DNA from: Chiloscyllium plagiosum
Taxonomy: Eukaryota
Assembly (NCBI RefSeq): GCF_004010195.1
Contig: NC_057752.1
Coordinates: forward strand, 5,141,535-5,205,534
Reading direction: 5' to 3'
DNA length: 64,000 nt
Of this stretch, positions 37,715 through 50,922 are shown piece after piece. The notes below the pieces were generated by a model that worked only from the letters and a program-made list of their open reading frames with translations, searched no databases and was not told the DNA's origin. A program made the translations under genes and the position numbers. How positions within the stretch are numbered: position 1 is the first letter of the stretch; the number at the start of each line of letters is the position of its first letter.

Positions 37715-38425
37715 TATTTAGTTATTTACAAGGCAAGGGTAGTCAAACATGGTGTCATTAAAGGTGGCAGGATAGGTAGAGAGAGCAGTTAAGAAAACTC
37801 ACAGTATTCCGGTTTTATTATTAGGGGCATAGCATACAACAGCTAAATAGATTGTGCTGAACTTGTTTAGGACATTGAATAGACTTCAGCTGGATTACTG
37901 TGTAAAGTTCTGGGTGCCACACTTCAGGAAGGATGTGAATGCGTTAGAGAGTGCAAAGCAGATTCATACAAACAGTTCCAGGGATGTGACACTTCAGTTC
38001 TAAAGATGGATTGGAGAAACTAGGATTATTGTCTTTGGAGAGCAGAAGGCTAAAAGGAGACTTGATAGAAGTTTTGAAAATCATGAGGGATCTGGACAGA
38101 AAGGAAAGGAAGAAACTGTCCCCGCTGGTACAAGGATCAAGAATGAGACAGCACAGATTTAAAGTAATTTTGAAAGGAAGCAAATGCATTGTGAAAGAAA
38201 ATAAAACTTTTTCTTCCATCTGGTGGTGAGGGTTTGGACTGCACTGTCCAGAAGTGTGGTGGAAGCAGATTCGATTGCAGCATTCAAGAGGATATTAGAT
38301 GATTAATTAAATAAAAATAATATGCAGGTTTGAGGCAAAAATGCAGAAGAATGGCGGAAAGTCATAATACTCACGCAGTCAGCCAGTGCAGATGGCTTCC
38401 TTCTGCACCATAATGGTTCTATGAA
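37715..38425 (+). mobile_element. Older CR1 LINE 3' fragment
   Basis: LDYCVKFWVPHFRKDVNALE near 37889, and ORF 38011-38229 (LEKLGLLSLESRRLKGDLIEVLKIM). Confidence 0.88.
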
Positions 38426-38959
38426 CATGGGCTTTAACCTCTCTTGCACAGGAGCTGCCAGAAATGGTGCCATTGTTAGCCACAAGCAGTTCATAAACAT
38501 TACTTAAAGATGCTACTGATTAAATCCTCAGTCGTTGTGTTGCAGATCTTGTGCTGGTGCTTTTTTTTTAAAAAAAACTGGCCACTAGGTCTGTTAGTCT
38601 ACTGCGATTGATGCAGTCTCCGAAAAGTCACAATTCAATCCACTTGCTGAACTTTCCACCTCAAGTTAGTCATGTTACTAATGTCACCTTGTTCACACCA
38701 GTACCTAATGCTACATTATGCAACATGGCTCTCCACAAATCTCATGTTTGGAATAGCAAAATCTAGAATTGTATCTTTGAACGCCTAATAGAAACATAAA
38801 AATCAAAGTATAAAAATTCCACAATCGCCACGAGGTTGAATGATACTGAATTGCTTAACATTCCGGAGGTAGTTTTCCAAAGTTCAGTGTTGATATAAAC
38901 TGGCTTAGTACTGTACTATTTTGAATTATGGGAAATGATTGAACAACTTAACAGGAGGA

Positions 38960-40030
38960 GACAAATATTCCCATCCTCAATTAGGGGGAGCCCAGTGCAA
39001 AAGGTGTGGCTGAAGCATTCACAGCAATCTTCAGCCAGAAGAGCCAAATGTATGATCTATCTTGGCCTCCTCTTGAGTGCCCCAGCATCACAGATGCCAG
39101 CCTTCAGCCAAGTTGATTCACTCTATGTAATAGCAAGAAATAGCTGTAGACACTGGGCATTGCAAAACAATGGACCCTGACAACAGTATTAAAGATTTGT
39201 GTTGCAGAATTAACCACACCCCTCGCCAAGCTGTTTCAATACATCTACAGCACATGTCAGCACTTGATGCCCATTTAAGTCCTACATGCACAAAGCAGGA
39301 CAAATCCAACCTAGTCAATTAACAACCCATTAGTCTACTCTCAAGCATCAACAAAGTGATGGAAGTTGACGTTAACAGTGCTTTCAAGCAGTATTTACAA
39401 AAGTTTAGCGTGCTCACTGATGCTTAGTTAGGGTTCTCTGCTGGTGGAAGTCATACCTAGCAAATAGGAAGATGGTCATGGTTGTTGAAGGTCAATAATT
39501 TTAGCCACAGAACATCTCTTCTAAAGGTCCGTAAGGTGGTGTCCTAGACTCAACCATCTTCAGCTGCTTCATCAATGGCCTTCTTTCCATCTTGGGTCAG
39601 AAGTGGGGATGTTTACTGCACAATGTTCAGCACCAGTCACAACTCGTCAGATACTGAAGCAGCCCATGTTCAAATGCAGCAAGACTTGGACAATATTCAG
39701 GCCTGGGCTGATGTGCTGCAAGTGTCAGGCAATGACCATTTCCAAGGAGAGAATTGAACCGTCTCCCTTTGACATTCAGTGGCATCACCACTGCTGTATG
39801 TCCCACTTTCAAAGTTCTGGAGTTACCACTGACAAGAAACTCAACTGGTCCAGCACTGTAAATATTATGGTGACAACAGCAGGTCAGAGACTGGGAATTC
39901 TGAGTGAGTACCTCTCTTTCTGACTTCCCAAAGACTGTCTGCCATCTATACCCAGCAACATAGAATGCACTCATTCAAAATAACCTTCTCATTATAATCT
40001 TCTCCGTGGCAATTAGAGATGGGCAATAAA
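38960..40030 (+). mobile_element. Second CR1/L2-type LINE family, internally deleted RT fragment
   Basis: AEAFTAIFSQK, PISLLSSINKVME, QQDLDNIQAWAD, CQAMTISK and AGQRLGIL motifs across frames. Homologous to 56770-58713 and 58790-59812. Confidence 0.8.
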
Positions 40031-42389
40031 TTCAGTGAAGGCTAAGTCCAATTATTGAATACAAATGTTTCCAGTGTTTTTAATAGATTACTATACTTAT
40101 ATTTAATCATTGAGGTGATACAATTGCTGGTTATTGTTATTTTCCATTTAACACGCTTAAAAGCCACAAAATGTGGGTACCAGTACTGCACCAGCAAGCA
40201 GGTACAACTAAAGTTGACAGTTTCATATTTGTTCAGCAATTGAGTGGTCAATTTTTGCGTTAGTCATTAAATGATGGTGACCCTCCATCCAAATACCTGA
40301 ATATTTGCAATTACTCTGAGGGCTCAGTGGGCAACTAGTTAACTAATACTGAATAGTACACATCAAGCTGGTCCCAGCTTTAATTTGTCATTTATCCTCA
40401 ATTAGCAATAGTAGTGATGGGAACATAACATTTGGGCTCAAAGCCTAAGGACAGCAATAGGGAACCCCAAGCTAGCAAGTATGTGTGTGCAGCTACAAGT
40501 TAAGGACAGATTAACATGTTTGCACTATCCACCACAGCACCTACAACTTCAGGCTCACATGAAGAAAAGCATGGATGAGGTACTGAAAGGCTGCAAGCAT
40601 TAATGCAGCAGTCCAGCAAAGGTGTGGGCCTCAGGCGAGGACGGAGGAGAACAGCAAGGAATTGGAAGAAAAGCAAATGGTTGAATACTAACTGCAAAAC
40701 GAAGTACATTATTCAAATCAACATGATTGGAAATGAGAGCTGTGTAATTTCTATTCTCTGTAGGTTTCTATAGTAAAATAATGCAAGAGCAGCTGACCAT
40801 AATGTTTGTGGAATGATTAAAAAGATTTGTCATTTCATTGGTCCACATTTACCAAGTTCTTACCTTTTTTGTTGATTGTGGGAAATTTCTATATTCAACA
40901 ATCAATATCCAGCAGCAATTGCAAGACATTTATGTCTGTGAAGGTCAAACAATGGCACAAACCTAGAGAGTTAAACAAAAATAAGATGAGTGTTGAAATT
41001 GCTTCCCTATATGTGTTCTCGGGGTGGACATATTCTGCTTTGTTCCTTGTCATTGGCGTTGTCATGTCAAATTGCACTGGGAGTTTAGGATGTCACTACA
41101 TTTTTCAAGTGAGAATCAACAATTGGCAACCTCAGTTTTTGTTTCAATGCAGTAGGTGCTGACTGAGTACAACCTGCCCTGCTATTAATATTTGATATTG
41201 CAGTATCAATGACCTGAAATTGAATATCCTCGTAGATCATACATATAAGGAAAGGATTGGAAGAGATTGTATTATTTTGAGTACCTTAAAAGAACCGCTC
41301 TTAGTTCTGATGATTTATTCTTTTACAGAAGGCTGATCAGACTTTGTGTGGCATGAGCTTGCCAGGTTTCACATTTTAGCCTAACATCTGGGTCATCCAG
41401 TCAATTGGCAGCAATCCAAAAACCAGCTTTGAAGATAATATATAGGGACCAAAGTTCTTACGATGCTCTGGGGTTGGGTAACTTAGAAAGATTGGAGATA
41501 AGGACAGATTTGCACAAAGGATCTGTTCTAGGAATGCATCAGGTCTGATCTGAAACAATATTGTTTATCAGCAAAAGATAGGAGAAGTTATATAGGACAT
41601 AAATAACAGCTCAGAAGGTTACAAAGCTGACATCCACAAGAGTGAACCTCAAGCAGTTCATACAGCTGTCAAAAATTTAATAGTATTACACGTTTCCAGG
41701 CATTGTTTATATTTTATAAATAATATTTTAGGGGTAAAAGGGTGAACATTTCTGTTGGCATTCCTTTTTTTAACAAAGCTTTTCATGTTGTTATCTACAA
41801 ACTTTTGACATGATTGTAGTTCTTTTGATAGGAGATGGACTTGTTTAAGAAGTTAGTACTAGGATCTTTGTTATAAAGGACAGATAAAAATGCTTCTCGG
41901 GTCAGAGAATTTTGCTGGGGAAAGAACAGACAACTGCAAGCTCTGGTTCCTTCCAAAAGAGGCGAATTCTCGCAAATAAAGTTCTTTCAGCAAGACTAAC
42001 AGGATAGTGATTTGGGAACTCTGTTGTTTTACTCCTTTCTCGGTAAGCCATGCTGGGGAGGGTGGGTGGGGTGCTGCAATTATTGTGCCTTAGTTGCTGC
42101 CTAAGCTTATATCTACAAATTCAGTACATCAGAGCCAGAGTGAACTTGGTCTGAATGGTTCGGTAACGCATTGGGTAGTCCATCCACCCCTCGTTATTTC
42201 ACAATTTGAATATTTTCAATAGTTCTGTCATGATCTAATGATAAAACTTGGTACTGTATATTAAGTCAAGTACGTTTTAATTTCGGAAACTGTCATAAAC
42301 AATTCACCATTTTTTAAGGTTAGCAAGTTATTTTAATTGGTGCTTAAGTCACGTGGCAAGATCATAGTTATTGTTTGAAGCAAATATTT

Positions 42390-43316
42390 GAATAAAAACA
42401 GAAGGCGCTGGAGAAACTCAGCAGGTCTGGCAACATCCGTAGAGAGAGAAATAGAGTCGACATTTTGAGTATAGCTCCAAAGAGATATACTGGACGTGAA
42501 ATGTTAATTTTGGGCTGAATTTTCCCAGCCACTGAACAATGTGGGTGTGATGAGAAAATTTGCATGATTTGGGTAGCGAGTAAATTCCCAATGCAAGAGC
42601 TAAAAGTCGCATTTTCCAAAGGAGTGTTGAACAGTGAGATGAGATTCTCATTAGTGAGCGGCGAGAGGCTGATTTCCATGGATCAGCATATATTAACATC
42701 TCATAGTGACATCACCTGACCTCATTGATATTCCCATTCTCCCACCTTCAGGATAAAAAGTAGATGGAGACAATTCCCAACATGAAAGTCAGATCAGTAA
42801 CCTTGTGACTCCAAAGCACTGCTTGTTCGTCTGGACCTTGTCAGTCACCAACACCTCAGGGCACACTCCATGGGCAATGACTGCACATTCTCTCTCCCCC
42901 CCCCCCCCCCCCCCCCACCCCATCCACCAGGACCTCCAGGTCCCTGTCAGTAGAGTGACAAATACCCTCTGAGGCAACTGACAGGAACTATGATGGGCAG
43001 CTGCAGAGTGCCTGACCCAGTGTACAGCTTGGTTTTAAAGGTGGTGCAGATGGCAGAAATCCAGGGAGGTCCCAGCAGCGGCCTGTGTCGAGTGGGAGAA
43101 TACAATGGGGGTAGGGTGGCATAGGGATGTGGTACACAGGTAATGCAGTGAGTTTGGGAAGATAGCACAAGAAAACTCACTAGGGCTCACAGAAAGAAAC
43201 CCTCCACTTAGTCAATTTCTAGTAAAATTCAGCTCTGTGTTACTTTCTCCATAGATGTTGCCAGGCCTGCTGAGTTTCTTCAGCACTTTGTTTTGATTTC
43301 AGTTCTGCAGTACTTT
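42390..43316. mobile_element. Penelope-type palindrome (third family) interrupted by a Harbinger derivative
   Basis: Left arm aaaaacagaaggcgctggagaaactcagcaggtctggcaacatcc and right arm ccatagatgttgccaggcctgctgagtttcttcagcac flank the insert at 42512-43235. Confidence 0.75.
42512..43235 (-). mobile_element. Non-autonomous Harbinger element retaining a Myb/SANT exon remnant
   Basis: TIRs gggctgaattttc / taaaattcagctc (11/13 complementary). The minus strand encodes STDRDLEVLVDGV (~42915-42953) and IAHGV...QTNKQC...KVTDL (~42790-42878). Confidence 0.7.
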
Positions 43317-43499
43317 AGAATCACTGTAACTGTCTATGTTTTAATGTCTTGTGATGATGATTTATTACTTGGACTGTGTGGTTTTCATTGGGAATTGCAT
43401 TTTTATATGCCTGTAATAAAAATACATGTTCTCCACATGTTTTTGCATAATTATGATGGTAAGTACAGTTGAATGATTATACTGAAGGAGGGGAGAGGA

Positions 43500-43720
43500 A
43501 GGGAGTTGGTTGCTTAACTCAGTTAGCTGGGCAACAGGTTTGCAATGCAGAGTGATACCAATAGCCTGGGTTCAATTCCTACACCAATTGAGGTGACCAT
43601 GAAGGACCTGCCTTCTCAACCTTTCCCTTTGCCTGAGGCATGGTGACCCTCAGGTTAAACTCACCACCAGTCATCTCTCTCTAATAAAAGAGCAGCCTTC
43701 TGGTCCTATAATATCTGGCA
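43500..43720 (+). mobile_element. tRNA-derived SINE (MetaSINE-like)
   Basis: A/B boxes (taactcagttagctgg, gggttcaattcc), then gccttctcaacctttccctttgcctgaggcatggtgaccctcaggttaaactcaccaccagtc. Confidence 0.7.
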
Positions 43721-45967
43721 TTAGCCATTAATAGTCTATGAAAGCTCATTCAACCTGGAAAACACCAAAGCTGAGCCCAATCCTGTCCTCACCTGCTGTC
43801 TATGCACACATATTTAAAGCATTGTTACTGGTTTGCAATCGGGAGCAGGAACCCTGACAGAGGCGAATTAAATCACTCCTACCGCTGCCTTGCCTGAGAT
43901 TCATGGATTCACTGTGCATCAAGCCTGGCTTCTCCTGGCTCCATGGGTCAGTTGGGGATGCTGGACAGACCAGGATCATTTTAACACCAAACATATGGGA
44001 CTGGATGGGGTAGGAAGGTAAAATATAATCTAAGCCTATTCATACATAGAAGCTAGCTAATCCTATCCCCAGCCTTCCAATTATGTACCACACTATGCAG
44101 TGGCTCATCTAACTGCAACATTATTATTACAGTTCGTAAATTGGGCTGTTTTTGCAGTTTCTCAGATTAGTTAAAGGAGGGTTTTTTTCACTCACTTTTA
44201 GCTTCAGGCAATTACAAAATTATTTGCCAATAAATTTGGCCCAGGATCTCAAAAATTCATAATCCACATAATTTACAATCATTAACTTGTGCAATCTTGA
44301 CATTGTGACTACTGTATGACAACCACACTGACTCTCTCAAGTTGTAAAAAATATACATTTAGCTGTTTTACTTTCAGTGCTGTGGTGTTTATTTTAACAC
44401 TTTTTAGTTTTCAAATGCTACTGAGATTGTTGCTGAAACTGCTTCAGAGGAGATATTGACCCTAACCATTTCAAGCAGTGAATAATAATGATGCATGCAG
44501 GAGGAAATTCATGCAGGTGTCCCTGCAGTTTTCTCAGTTGATCTATGTATACTAATTCAACTCCTTCAAAGTCTTGGGGTCTAGCCTATAGTATTACACT
44601 CCCTGCCCCCGCAAATCAATCACCCCAACATCAATGTAAAAACTGCTTCCTGTTTGTATAGTTCCATAGGTAAGTCTACTACTGTCAAGTGTGGTATTGA
44701 CCAGGTCAATTATTCCTCTGTGCTCTTAGCTAATTGTAACACAGCATTTCCCCTCTGAACTGTCCGTAGGGAAATTGGCTCTTTGGGTGAGTTGCTGCAT
44801 ACTTGCCAGCTCTGGAACCACAACGAGAGCAGGTGAAAATTAGTGAGAAAGTTTTTTTTTGTCTTTAAATTTTTTTAGATGCCGATTTTTCTCTTGTCTG
44901 ACCATTGATATCATAAGACAAAACTGCAGAAAACCATAAGGTATTTTCTAAAAAAGGAAATTACAGGCTATTGATATTAATCGTACCCCTTGAATGAGAT
45001 CTTTTCCCTCCAAGGGCATATTATCACCTTTTAACAAGTCCATATCAAAATATTTGAATTGCAGTGTCCCTTCATGCTGCTGCCAAGATTCCTGATGAAA
45101 ATGTTCCTTCAGATGCGTATGATTGGATAAATAGGATTTTGCTTTTTTCCCCCTCCAGCACATTCCAGTTGATGGATTTTAACCGTATTTCCTAAGTGCA
45201 GTGCAGCCTTAAAGGCAGGAGGTTGATTGCCACCTCTAAGTTCTCAATAAATCAACGACAAAACAGCAGGAAAAGACCCTCCGGTGTCCAATTTTGACAT
45301 TAATGACCTAATCCATAGTGACCTAGTCAAGTTGGTTCCTGTTCAGTGAATAACCCGCTTCCCACAAATTGATTTCATCTCTCAGGAATATTCAATGGGC
45401 TTCTTCAGTTTGTGATGAAGATATTCACAGCTTTAACATGTATTGTGCTGCTGGTGGAATGTTATGACCATGCTGAGTGAGAAATCATGTTTTCAGTTCT
45501 ATGGTTTTGGTGACATGAGGATACTATCTTCTTTTCATTAGGTTTATTTACTTGGGTAACCTTCTTTTCATTAAGTATATTTCTTTATTCTGTCATTTTC
45601 TATCCCTTTTCTTTGCTGAAGGTACCATCTCATCTTGGTAACCCTTAAGTACATCTCTTAAGTAGGTGGTCTTGATGTACAAGTCCAATCCAGTGAGTAT
45701 TTCTCCAGTTATTTGACCTTGATGGGCAGCATAGCCTCACCATATCCACACATAAGCACTTTTCAAAAGGGCCACTTAAAAGCAATCAGGAATGGGGAAC
45801 TCTAGATAATTACTTTCCCCACTGCAGAGCCCTAGGGTACTGAGCCAATGTATCCTGGTTCATTTAAAGATTCTTTTAATTATTTTAATTTCATTGTCAC
45901 AGAGCTGGAGAACTTTATTTGGTAAGTAAGCTCAGGATGTTTAATTCCTATTCTTTTTATCTTTCAG

Positions 45968-46638
45968 ATAATTCATTGGCCACTAAAACAGGTGGCTGTT
46001 TCCCTTCTAAAGCCATGGTAACACTGGAAAATGGACAAACCCGAGCTGTGTCAGAGCTGAATCCTGGGGACTGGGTCTTAACAGTGAATGCAGTTGGCCA
46101 GGTGGTCCCCAGTCAAGTCCTTCTCTTTCTTGACAAAGAAGAAGAACTGAGAATCTCTTTTACTGTGCTGGAGACTGAAGATCCCAGACAGCGGCTGGAA
46201 CTCACAGCAGCACACCTCATCTTTGTTTCTGATAATAACACTGACAGAATGGAGAACTTTAGACCGACATTTGCTAGTCGAGTACGTACGGGTCAGTTCG
46301 TCCTTGTGAGAGAGATTGGCTCAGGCCAGTTGCGTTCATCTAGGATTAAAGCTATCTATGTGGAAGAGGACACTGGTGCCTATGCACCACTGACATCTCA
46401 TGGCACATTGTTAGTGAATAATGTACTGGCATCTTGTTATGCAATGATAGAGAAGCACCATTGGGCACACCTGGCATTTGCACCTCTCAGACTCTTTCAC
46501 TCATTGACTTCTTTGTTACCAGTTCTCCATCCTCGGTATGACAATGCCACACAGGAGAGTGGCATCCATTGGTACTCCAGGTTTCTCTACAGCTTAGGTG
46601 AAAAGGTTCTAGACAGGGAAATGTTTCACTCTTTATGA
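45968..46638 (+). CDS. dhh: Hedgehog family gene, terminal coding exon 3 (G|CF autoprocessing site, Hint domain, sterol-recognition region)
   Basis: Acceptor ttctttttatctttcag|AT, phase 1, matching exon 2 (G+AT = Asp). DNSLATKTGG|CFP (Cys codon 45997-45999), LTAAHL, GAYAPLTSHGTLLVNNVLASCYA, GIHWYSRFLY, TGA at 46636-46638. Open frame throughout. Confidence 0.96.
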
Positions 46639-48685
46639 AGAGTTGCAGGAGCAGGCCAACATTGCCTGATGAAGATGCAACCTCTGTGTATCTGAGATGC
46701 ACCAGGTCTATCTGCATAAGTACCTGCATGGTCTTCAGCTTTAAGCAGCATTGTGGACTTCTAATTCTGTACAAGGGAACTCCACTCCCAGGGATAGAAT
46801 TTATTTTGTGTGTCAGTAAATATACATTCAGAATATATTTTTCTACGTCACATATATAACTTTTAATTGTCCCACTGAATGTATATACTTTAAATATGTT
46901 GCGTGGTTAACGTAATCATGGTCAAAAACAAGTCAGTTTGGGGAATTATTATAAAGTTTATTTTTATATTTCTGAATTGTAATATAATTTTTTGGGATAA
47001 AGTCAATATTAATAGAATTATGTTGCAGTATTTCTAATAGTAATGATGAAAGTATGTAATAATGTTTTGTTAATTTAATTTTCTTTGTTTTTATGGAACT
47101 AATGTCTGTCTGATCCCTTTGAAATTTGTATCTCTCCAGCCACTTTAACATGAGTTGGGTCAAGTGGCATTGCTCTCACTTCTGTCTCCTTGCCGCTTTC
47201 CGTTTTGTGTGTCTTTTATAATATCTAATCTGTCTGTCTGTCTGTCTATCCTTGTGCTCTCCCTTTTTTACTCACTTGTTTCCATGTTTAATTTTCTTTA
47301 GATCTGTTCACCCATGTTATATATTTGTTTTTCGATTCATTTTCTGCATAATTTCCTCTGTAGCTCCATGTCATCATCTTTAAACAAATGCAGAAAAATG
47401 ACAGGTGTAGTCACTTTTTAACCTATCTCACTTGTATTGAATTTTTGTTCCGTAAATCTCTCTTGTGTGTTATGTAAGGAATTTAATATTCAATTGTTTT
47501 AATCTGAATCAACTTCAATTAACCTGCAGATTGCACTATAACCTAGCTGTGAACTGGTCCATACATACTTTAGATTATCTTATGCATGTGGTGTTGTAAA
47601 CCTCAAGGCAGGAGTGGAGCAGGAAATCTGACTTTATCAGCCTGATCAGAACCTATTTATATTGCAGTTAGTTAAAAATCAACATGAGGAGTTGGGTGTT
47701 TTTACAAGGACTCATGCTGAAATAAATGCGCTTCATTTTTTATTTAATAGCTGTAATTATGGAACAAATCTTTCAATATTGTGTCTTTTTGTTTCACTGT
47801 TTCCCCACATCCCTCTCTTAGATTGTGCTTCTTTCTCTCTCTCTCTCTCTCTCCTAAGGTTTATAGCTGTTTGCTGATGCTTTTAACTGAGTTTGTACGT
47901 GCTTTACTGCATTTTTACACCTGTGGAATCAGACTGACCTCCTGGCACACACCTGCACCTTGACTGTGCTGTTTAGATAGGGCACTGATTTTCTTGGAAA
48001 ACATTAACCAACTACTTGCTGCTGGCAAACAGCATACTGTTTCTGTGCTGAGAGCAGCCCGCCACTCCCAATGCTGCCAGCTGCAAACTTACCACTTATC
48101 AATAAAATGCAATCACTCCAGTTAATAAGTAACCCAAACTTCACATTTCCTTTTGTTGGAATCCTTGTATCTTTCCAATGGGTTTGTTTGCATACTGCTG
48201 TCTTTATTTGTACACTGCCTCATCTCCAAAGAGGCCCTTTGTGCCTCCCCATTACATTTTATTGTGCATACAAGACGAAGACCACAGTTGATGCACCATT
48301 ACGTATTCCATTTCTCACTGTTCTTTCAGTTTAACTCTATTACCATTTCGGATGGATCAAAACAAAGATCAACTTGCACTGCTGGGACAATGGTAGCACT
48401 ATGTAAGGATAGTGAATAGTGGAGATAGAGATTGTGGAATTTGTTTGCTTATCTTTGGAAGAGTTGGGAAGAAATTCTACAAAACACTTTTGTCTAATGA
48501 TCAAATAAATTCAGTAGAGGAACACGTAGATGATTAATAGAATATATCTGGTCTGCGAGGTCAAGATCTCGGTCTGTGATTTCTTGTATTTTTTCCATTC
48601 CCTCTCTTTTCTTCTGAAGCCATGTGTACATGTTGGGGTAATGTTTCCAAGATTGTTTCTCATCCTTAAATAGCTTAACTACTAT

Positions 48686-49170
48686 TCATAGTGAGCCTAG
48701 ACAATGAAGGGAGTGTGATGGAATACTTTCCACTTGCCAGGATAAGTCCAACTCCAACAAAATCCACGAAGCTTGAGCCCATCCAGGACAAAGCCGCCTA
48801 CTTGACTGACTTTCCATCCATAAGCATCCATTCCTTCTAGCACCGATGGTCAGGAGCAGGCACATTACAGAAATTTGCTGAAGTTCCTCAGGCAGCACTT
48901 TCCAAACCCATGACCACTTCCAACTAGAAGGGCTGCAGATTCATGGGAACACTGCCACCTGCAAATTCCCCTTCAAACCACTAACCATCCTGACTTGGAA
49001 GTGTATCCCCATTTGTTCAGTGTTGTTCAGGGTCAAAATCCTAGAATTCACTTCCTAATGAGATTGTAGGTTTACATGGATTGCGACAGTTTAAGAAGGC
49101 AGCTCACCACTACCATCTCGGGGTAACTGGGGAGGGTGACCCAGCCAATGACGCCAACGTCCCATGATTA
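48686..49170 (+). mobile_element. 3' end of the second CR1/L2-type LINE family
   Basis: agggagtgtgatggaatactttccacttgcc...ccatccaggacaaagc...accatcctgacttggaa..., homologous to 57935-58713. Confidence 0.8.
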
Positions 49171-49805
49171 CGTTATTTTTTTAAAAAATTCCTTGAGTCT
49201 GTTCTGCCATTTAATTAATATTGCTGATCTGTACCTTAATTTAATCAATTTGTTTTGGTTCCAACTTGGTTTGACATTCTGCTTAGTGTAAATATCCTGT
49301 GATCCACTGTACCGTTCTTTCTGCCACCCTGTTGGAGATCAGTGGACTCAGTTGCAGTGTTCAAGGCTAGGTCCTTCAAGCTCTATTCCACTTTATGTTC
49401 CAAAAACTACTACAACAATTACAATTTAAAGAGCACAACAAGGGATGCAATTACTTTGTCTTAATTCAGCATTGAGAATTAAAAATAATTCTGGCCACTC
49501 ATTTCTTTCTGTTGCTACCCTCTTGCTTCACAATCAATTTTCATTCGGACAGTAGAAGCATTTTCACACTTTGCGATAACTGCAAATCAAGGCCATCTGC
49601 TTCACATCCTATGGTGAATAAAGTGGTTATTCTATCTGACTTCTCAGCAAAACTTTAGTTATGCTTGCCAAGGTAAGGAAGGTCATTGTGAGGAATTAGA
49701 CAATTGGCCAAGTACTGCCTGGATAGTTGTAGGATACTCTAGCTACAATGCAGAATTGTCTCCCACAGTATGCCTTAGCCTCAGCTTCTGCAGTTCATCC
49801 TGATG

Positions 49806-50376
49806 TCATAGAGTCATAGAGATGTACAGCGCGGAAACAGACCCTTTGGTCCAACATGTCCATGCCGACCAGATAGCCCAACCCAATCTAGTCCCACCCG
49901 CCAGCACCTGGACTATATCCCTCCAAACCCTTCCTATTCACATACCCATCCAGATGCCTTTTAAATGTTGCAATTGTACCAGCCTCCACCACTTCCTCTG
50001 GCAGCCCATTCCACACACGCACCATCCTCTGCGTGAAAACATTGCCCCTTAGATCTCTTCTATGTCTTTTCCCTCTCACCCGAAACCTATTCCCTCTAGT
50101 TCTGGACTCCCCGACCCCAGGGAAAAGACTTTGTCTATTTATCCTATCCATGTCCCTCATGATTTTATAAACCTCCATAAGGTCACCCCTCAGCCTCCGA
50201 TGCTCCAGGGAAAACACCCCCACCTATTCAACCTCTCCCTATAGCTCAAATCCTCCAACCCTGGCATCATCCTTGTAAATCTTTTCTGAACCTTTTCAAG
50301 TTTCACAACATCCTTCCGATAGGAAGAAGACCAGAATTGCACGCAATATTCCAAAAGTGGCTGAACCAACGTCCTG
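49806..50376 (-). mobile_element. 5'-truncated CR1 LINE fragment, relatively young
   Basis: ORFs 50190-50447 and 49888-50223 encode the CR1 C-terminus. The tail reads (ctatgact)n on the minus strand. Confidence 0.95.
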
Positions 50377-50683
50377 ATGTCTTCAGGGTTAGTGAAGCAG
50401 AACAAAATTAGCCAGGATTTCCCTCTATTTATATCTAAGCCTTCCATCCCCTACCTCCTCCCTATCCCACTATCTATTCCCTGAGCTTTTTTGTGTTAAT
50501 TCATAGTATGTGGGCATCACTGCTGAACATTTATTTATTGCGCATTAAGGATGGGCAATAGATGCTGATCCAGTCAGCAATGCCCACATCCCATGAAGGA
50601 GTAAAATAAAACTCATGCCCCTCAAACTGACCATGCCAACCTGTGGTTCTCTACCCACCCACAACAGCCTTTCATACTCTTCA

Positions 50684-50922
50684 TGGGGCAACTTTTTCAC
50701 GCAGAGGATGGTACATGTATGGAATGAGCTGCCAGAGGAAGTGGTGGAGGCTGGTACAATTGCAACATTTAAAAGGCATTTGGACGGGTATATGAATAGG
50801 AAGGGTTTGGAGGGATATGGGCCACGTGCTGGCAGGTGGGACGAGATTGGGTTGGGATATCTGGTCAGCATGGACGGGTTGGACCAAAGGGTCTGTTTCC
50901 ATGCTGGACATCTCTATGATTC
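50684..50922 (+). mobile_element. Short CR1 3' fragment
   Basis: GNFFTQRMVHVWNELPEEVVEAGTIATFKRHLDGYMN plus a 3' UTR ending ctatgattct. Confidence 0.93.

Noticed and set aside
45919..45967. Apparent N-terminal MVSKLRMFNSYSFYLS on the exon 3 ORF, suggesting a stand-alone Hint/intein protein
   Set aside because: This is the polypyrimidine tract and acceptor of intron 2. The Hint domain is the normal hedgehog autoprocessing domain, spliced in phase to exon 2.
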